From Cyclobacteriaceae bacterium (GTDB lineage: Bacteria > Bacteroidota > Bacteroidia > Cytophagales > Cyclobacteriaceae), in contig OZ245027.1 of the NCBI GenBank assembly GCA_965223915.1, positions 109,646-173,645 of the forward strand: a stretch of DNA of 64,000 nucleotides, in the 5' to 3' direction. This document shows, in pieces, positions 59,545-64,000 of this stretch. The first letter of the stretch is position 1; each line of letters opens with the position of its first letter. Position numbers and translations under genes: made by a program. A model generated the notes under the pieces. That model was not told the origin of the DNA. It saw only the letters and a program-made list of their open reading frames with translations, and did no database searches.

Positions 59545-59670
59545 GCCGAATTAGCTTAATTGGTCAAGGATACTCAAGTAACCTATCCATATGGACGTAT
59601 GGAATGAAAACCCATACTATCAAAGCACATTCCACGGAATGAGATGCAGGTTCGAATCCTGCATTCGGGA
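59545..59670 (+). ncRNA. 126-nt tRNA-Leu(CAA)-like element (degenerate or expanded tRNA, not a canonical tRNA)
   Basis: Acceptor GCCGAAT (59545-51) pairs 6/7 with ATTCGGG (59663-69). D-arm-like TAGCTTAATTGGTCAAGG. Stem GGATA/TATCC closes an 11-nt loop CTCAAGTAACC containing CU-CAA-G. About 57 nt with two further hairpins follows. T-arm GCAGG-TTCGAAT-CCTGC is perfect. The discriminator is A and no CCA is encoded. Confidence 0.35.
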
Positions 59671-59766
59671 CATTTTCTTTAGGAGACAGCCCAACTTCGC
59701 TAAAGCTTTAACCTTCGCTAAGCTTCGGTCAACACGTCGTTGGACAATGAATACAGAACTCAGAAT

Positions 59767-61059
59767 TCAGAAGAGGTCTTTAGATCCGTTGATGACGATC
59801 TCGCCGTAATCCTTGAAGTCGTAAGTCACTTCCCATTGGATGGGCAGCTGATCCAGCTCTTTCCTCAATTGCTCAGAAGAAATACCATCAGCACCTTTTA
59901 GCGTCAAAGAAACTTCTACCAGCTCCGTTGAGTTTGGGGTGACGGTCATTTGAAGTGCTTCCTGACCAAACTGGAAGTGTTCACTATTTTCCAGCGAGAC
60001 ATTCACCTCCATTGGCACTTCCTGACCATTGAACAATTTAAGCGATACCGTCTGACTTTTGGGGAAGGCTTCTACCTCCAAGGGTGTACCTATACTTACT
60101 ACTTTCCGCTGGACTTCCATTTTGAGATAGTCTTCAATTTCGCCCTTGTCAATCTCCTCATCCCAAATACCATTTAGCATCAGATTGGCCATGATAGGAC
60201 CCTCGTCTGTCATGGTTACCCACATCACGTGATCAAATTCTCCAAAGATGGGTCCGCGCAACTTACTACCGCCTCCCGTAGTAGCCAGGGTAATGTAGTT
60301 GGTATTTTCATGCGTATCATGGGTATACCGATGGATGTGTCCGGCATATACGGTATGCTTTCTGCCATGTAACATCCCTTCAATTTCTTTCCATCCACTG
60401 GGGTCTTCGGTCTTTTCTCCACCTAAATGACCTTCACTTAACCATACAGGCTTATGTAAAAACACCATGGTCCATCGAACATCAGGATTTTCCTCAAGCG
60501 CCTTCTTAACATATGCTTTTTGATCTTCTGAGAAAAAGGAGCTGCGGTGGGCATCCAACCCTTCCTCGCTGTTCAGGCACAGAAATAAAACATCGTGATA
60601 TACGAAATGATAATAAGTCCTCCCCAGGCGTTCCTTCCAGATGTCTTCCATCACCTTGTTGGTGATATCATGGTTTCCCACCACGTAAAAGAATGGCATG
60701 TCCAGGTTTTCCACATAGGCATCAAATTCCTCCCACTGTCTGTTGATCTCTGCTTCATCTTCAGTATAACCCTGAATGAGGTCTCCAACACTCATTACAA
60801 ATTCCGGCTGTAGCAGGTTGACCTTTTCGGCACCTTCTTTAAACACTCCGGGTCGCATACCGCCAGTCCGGTCAGTCACGATCACAAATTGAAAGTTGGT
60901 GGGATCGTTGTTCCACTCCAACATGGTCCATGGATTGAGGGTGTCGGATACCGCAATCTGTGCCGCATTTTTTTCGGTTTTAGGATTACAATAGGATAGT
61001 AAAAAAAGGATGGCTACAGGAAAGACGTATTGCGAGAAGGACGATAAAATTTTCATCAT
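59767..61059 (-). CDS. Secreted calcineurin-like metallophosphoesterase
   Basis: 430 aa with a signal peptide. Motifs appear in order: VIVTDRTGG, VGDLIQGY, GNHDI, FLHKP, GHIHRY. Confidence 0.8.
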   Translation of the reverse strand: MMKILSSFSQYVFPVAILFLLSYCNPKTEKNAAQIAVSDTLNPWTMLEWNNDPTNFQFVIVTDRTGGMRPGVFKEGAEKVNLLQPEFVMSVGDLIQGYTEDEAEINRQWEEFDAYVENLDMPFFYVVGNHDITNKVMEDIWKERLGRTYYHFVYHDVLFLCLNSEEGLDAHRSSFFSEDQKAYVKKALEENPDVRWTMVFLHKPVWLSEGHLGGEKTEDPSGWKEIEGMLHGRKHTVYAGHIHRYTHDTHENTNYITLATTGGGSKLRGPIFGEFDHVMWVTMTDEGPIMANLMLNGIWDEEIDKGEIEDYLKMEVQRKVVSIGTPLEVEAFPKSQTVSLKLFNGQEVPMEVNVSLENSEHFQFGQEALQMTVTPNSTELVEVSLTLKGADGISSEQLRKELDQLPIQWEVTYDFKDYGEIVINGSKDLF

Positions 61060-61260
61060 TGAGGTTGGTTATGATTGATGGCAAACTTGAGGTTTCTTTA
61101 TTACATACCAATCTCGGTATTGTTATGGATTGGTTAAATCTAAGATAAAGGATTTTTTATACTTTGAGGTTAAATGAAGGGAACCGAATCAATGAATGGG
61201 TAGAAATGAGGTTTAGTCATTCGGTGAAACCTGAAGAAACCGAGCCACAGAAGTTGATGG

Positions 61261-61351
61261 ACCTATTATCGCACAGTTGCCTTCGTTGGTGTTTTCACGG
61301 TGTTTTCACCAACGAACATCAACTGGTAGATGGTATTTTGGTGAAAACACC
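61261..61351. repeat. REP-like cluster (partial C, full A, E) left of the RAYT unit
   Basis: 61276-61333 is gttgccTTCGTTGGTGttttcacggtgttttCACCAACGAAcatcaactggtagatgg, about 90% identical by eye to 7615-7672. 61340-61351 is ggtgaaaacacc (family E core). Confidence 0.75.
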
Positions 61352-61354
61352 TTA

Positions 61355-62042
61355 GCCGTCAACCTAAGCCATTTCTTCATTCAATTTGCATCTCAAATAA
61401 ATCCCGAAGGGATGGCAATATTATAGAAACCAGGTCGAATAAAAGATCCAAACCCCGAAGGGGTGTCATGATAACCAATCAAACAAGAACCGTTCTTCAT
61501 ATGGTATCTCGTATTTATTAAGAAAAGCTAAATATTCCTCTTTAAAGGTTTGCTTTTTATGATGTTCTTCTTGATTGAGAATGTATTGATAGACATTATT
61601 GAGCTGTGAATGGGAATATGAAAATGCTCCATATCCCTCCTGCCAGCTGAATTTACCAGGCAACCACTTTTTCTCATTGATAAAATTCGTAGCATTGTTT
61701 TTGACATCCCTCATCAAGTCCGATAATGCCATAGAGGGCTTCAATCCAACAAAAATATGGACATGATCTGCGACACCATTAACAATGATTGATTTCTGGT
61801 TTTTGTTTTCAATGATCCCTGAAATGTATTTAAACACCTCATGTCGCCAGGCTTTGTTCAGCAAGTTTGCTCTTCCTTTTACAGCAAAGACAGCCTGAAT
61901 GTAAATTTGTGAGAATGATCCGGCCATAAATGTCACTCCTTCGGAGTTTAAATTCGTATTAATGCTATTATTCTACAATCCTGTCATCCCTTCGGGATTC
62001 GCAAGATACACCGTTTTAAGTGAAACCTCTTAGGTTGACGGC
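61355..62042 (-). mobile_element. RAYT/IS200-like unit: Y1 transposase gene bracketed by three nested inverted-repeat pairs
   Basis: Outer pair: gccgtcaacctaag 61355-68 vs cttaggttgacggc 62029-42, perfect 14 bp. Middle pair: 61400-61428 vs 61971-61999, 25/29 matches, each with an ATCCC-GAA-GGGAT hairpin. Inner pair: 61450-61468 vs 61931-61949, 16/19 matches, hairpins ACCCC-GAA-GGGGT vs ACTCC-TTC-GGAGT. Confidence 0.7.
61466..61927 (-). CDS. REP-associated tyrosine transposase (IS200/Y1 HUH family)
   Basis: Start at ATG 61927: MAGSFSQIYIQAVFAVKGR... HUH motif ADHVHIFV. Catalytic-Tyr region VYQYILNQEEHHKK. About 153 aa, typical of single-domain Y1 transposases. Confidence 0.85.
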   Translation of the reverse strand: MAGSFSQIYIQAVFAVKGRANLLNKAWRHEVFKYISGIIENKNQKSIIVNGVADHVHIFVGLKPSMALSDLMRDVKNNATNFINEKKWLPGKFSWQEGYGAFSYSHSQLNNVYQYILNQEEHHKKQTFKEEYLAFLNKYEIPYEERFLFDWLS

Positions 62043-62045
62043 AAT

Positions 62046-62122
62046 GGTGAAACCACCAACATCGGCAGGAAAAGGGTACAAACATTCTTTCATTTTCCGT
62101 CTGGTGAGGATACCAGACGGGG
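62046..62122. repeat. REP-like cluster (families E and D) right of the RAYT unit
   Basis: 62046-62069 is ggtgaaaccaccaacatcggcagg (family E; compare 63088-63110). 62097-62122 is CCGTCTGGTGaggaTACCAGACGGgg (family D). Confidence 0.7.
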
Positions 62123-62138
62123 AGTGTGTGTTAGTGTC

Positions 62139-62708
62139 TCAAGGATCGCACGGCTGTCCTTCCTGATCAACAAAAAACTCTATTAGCTCGTTATTCAAGG
62201 ACCTTCCCTTGTCCATATTAAACCAGTTCTGAATGGCAATCTTTTTCGTTTCAGCATCTGCATTTTCAGCATTTAGTCTGGCAAGAACTTCCGTTACCCC
62301 TATCGGTCGCGGCCCCCATACGAAGAGGTCATTGCCGGCCTCATCCCTTATGATAAGTTTAGGGATACTTTTACTTCCGTTGGTCAGGTAGTTTTCGATC
62401 AGGAATGGTTCACTGTCTCGCAGCTGGATATCATAGGTGATCGGGTCATTCAGCTCAGTCATCCTGATCAAAAAAGGGATCACATGCGCCGCATCTCCAC
62501 ACCAGGGCTCTGTAATGATGATCCATTTTTGGGGTGATGTGATTTGTATTAGATGTTCAGAAAGCTTCTCATCAAGTACCAGCAGCTTATCCCAGCGCTT
62601 CATCCTGGAGCGGTTGAGCCTGGTGTATTCCATGTATGATTCTTTGCTATAGTAGTCAGGATCTTCCAGTATCACCTCAAACAGCTGCTTGTATTCATTA
62701 TAATTCAT
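62139..62708 (-). CDS. Thioredoxin-fold family protein
   Basis: ATG at 62708 (the track uses TTG 62744). WIIITEPWCGDAAHVIPFL shows the thioredoxin-like WCGD active-site region. 189-201 aa depending on the start. Confidence 0.65.
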   Translation of the reverse strand: MNYNEYKQLFEVILEDPDYYSKESYMEYTRLNRSRMKRWDKLLVLDEKLSEHLIQITSPQKWIIITEPWCGDAAHVIPFLIRMTELNDPITYDIQLRDSEPFLIENYLTNGSKSIPKLIIRDEAGNDLFVWGPRPIGVTEVLARLNAENADAETKKIAIQNWFNMDKGRSLNNELIEFFVDQEGQPCDP

Positions 62709-62887
62709 CCGAATATCTTTTTTCTTGTATCGACTTTCTGACAAGGGCAGGCAAAACTGAACATCTTTCGTACAAATGAAAAGTTCTCAGACTGCCATTT
62801 CCATTTCATGAAAGAATTATATCGTAAGAAATGTTCCCCCGTTCGGATAAAGATTGGTTTATACAGTCAATTTGTCGGGTGGGGTAC

Positions 62888-63112
62888 ACAAGCAAGCACG
62901 CGATTCAATCGTACACTAGCTTGGGGGAAACTATAGTTCCGTCTGGTGAGGACACCAGACGGGGAGTAGTCTAACAGCTAGAAGCTATCTGACCTTATCG
63001 CATAAGTGAAAAACACTTGCGCGATAGGGTGGGAACATGTCGAACAGCGAAATTTCACCAACGAACATCGGCTGGTAGATGCATGTTGGTGAAACACCAA
63101 GATCGGCAGAGT
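62888..63112. repeat. Largest REP-like mosaic in the window (families F, D, C, A-half, E in tandem)
   Basis: F (inverted) at 62891-62922, D at 62939-62964, C at 62993-63028, 3' half of A at 63053-63084, E at 63088-63110. It fills almost the whole gap between the thioredoxin-like gene and arsM. Confidence 0.75.
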
Positions 63113-63127
63113 GCCACGCAGGCTATT

Positions 63128-63961
63128 CTACTTTCTTGCGGTAAATGAAATGCTTTTTACCCGTGATGCAATGTCTTTTGCCTTCTCACTATTGAGATTA
63201 AAACTCATTTCATTGGCTAATTTCTTTATTTGAGGATCCGCAAGCATCAATTCAAGAGGAAACACTTTTTCACTCTCAATTTTAATATCCTTAAACCCAG
63301 CACTTCTAACATATTGTAAATAGTCTTCTAATTTCTCTGCTCCGGAAACACAAGCAATATGGGCCGCAACAGAATGTTTGATGAAATCCGGAAGTTCTTT
63401 TTCCAACACAATGTCACTAATAGCCATTTTCCCACCCGGTTTAAGTACCCTGTAGGCTTCTTTATAAACATCTCCTTTGTTCAGAGAAAGATTGATCACA
63501 CAGTTAGAAATGACGTGTTCTGCAAGGTTGTCTTCAATAGGAAGCTGTTCAATGTCACCTTTTACAAATTCTACGTTTTTATAGTCTCCTTTTTGTGCAT
63601 TCCGTTTCGCCAAACTGAGCATTTCATCGGAGAGATCAACTCCAATGACTTTACCTTTTTCACCTACCAATGGTGATACAATAAAGGCATCAAAGCCAGC
63701 ACCAGAACCTAAGTCAATGACGGTTTCATCCTTTTTTATTCCTGCTAATGCAGAAGGGTTGCCACAACCTACTCCTAAGTTTGAATTTTCAGGAATAGCG
63801 TCTAATTCTTCCCTGGTGTACCCTATGACTTCACCTACCTTGTTGGCATTATCAGCAGGGTCGCAACAGGCAAAGAATGTAGAGAATAATCCATTTTTTG
63901 TAGACTTTGCCAATTTTCCATAGCCTTCGACTACAGCTTGTTTTACTGAATTCGTATCCAT
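63128..63961 (-). CDS. arsM: Arsenite S-adenosylmethionine methyltransferase
   Basis: 277 aa. Conserved Cys pair FACCDP, GVGCGNP, SAM motif VIDLGSGAGFD, and ISNCVINL with the third catalytic Cys. Confidence 0.85.
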   Translation of the reverse strand: MDTNSVKQAVVEGYGKLAKSTKNGLFSTFFACCDPADNANKVGEVIGYTREELDAIPENSNLGVGCGNPSALAGIKKDETVIDLGSGAGFDAFIVSPLVGEKGKVIGVDLSDEMLSLAKRNAQKGDYKNVEFVKGDIEQLPIEDNLAEHVISNCVINLSLNKGDVYKEAYRVLKPGGKMAISDIVLEKELPDFIKHSVAAHIACVSGAEKLEDYLQYVRSAGFKDIKIESEKVFPLELMLADPQIKKLANEMSFNLNSEKAKDIASRVKSISFTARK

Positions 63962-64000
63962 TTTTTTTATTGATGATTAATGGCACAAGTTCAGGTGTTG

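Noticed and set aside
63962-64000. Partial gene at the right edge (minus strand, C-terminal ...QHLNLCH)
   Set aside because: Only 7 codons are visible, so no product can be assigned.

Overview
This 64-kb chromosomal segment looks like a Bacteroidota genome. The phylum call is an inference from T9SS C-terminal sorting domains, a TonB-dependent receptor, many lipobox lipoproteins and frequent TTG starts. I count about 55 genes.

Left part:
- A formaldehyde-detoxification pair: fdhA and a divergently transcribed YdeP/FdhF-type molybdoenzyme, next to an AraC regulator and a decayed amidohydrolase.
- A DUF433/DUF5615 toxin-antitoxin remnant whose toxin gene is cut off by a cluster of palindromic repeats.
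- A tight 4-gene minus-strand operon: lipoprotein, 2101-aa T9SS-sorted repeat protein, type-I membrane protein, and a secreted caspase-like C14 protease.
- glpK-glpD.

Middle part:
- A 12-kb signalling island with four PAS histidine kinases and three receiver proteins. One kinase has a pseudo-receiver, and one receiver protein ends in a DHp domain with no ATPase domain.
- A cupin, a YcaQ-like glycosylase, an LpxH-like phosphoesterase, and a small T9SS protein.
- A secreted protein that joins a tail-fibre-like N-terminus to two tail-tube (gp19)-like modules.

Right part:
- An accessory run of small detoxification/resistance-type genes: AAC(6')-like GNAT, Arr rifampin ADP-ribosyltransferase, SMR/Gdx, two MFS transporters, DinB, a flavin monooxygenase, ArsM, and a class B1 metallo-beta-lactamase remnant.
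- A Fic gene with a repeat-rich, operator-like leader.
- A 126-nt tRNA-Leu-like element.
- An IS200/RAYT-type Y1 transposase nested in three pairs of inverted hairpin repeats.

At least six families of REP-like palindromes recur in intergenic regions across the window. I saw no rRNA, no canonical tRNA and no CRISPR array.

All family assignments rest on motif recognition from memory. No searches were run.
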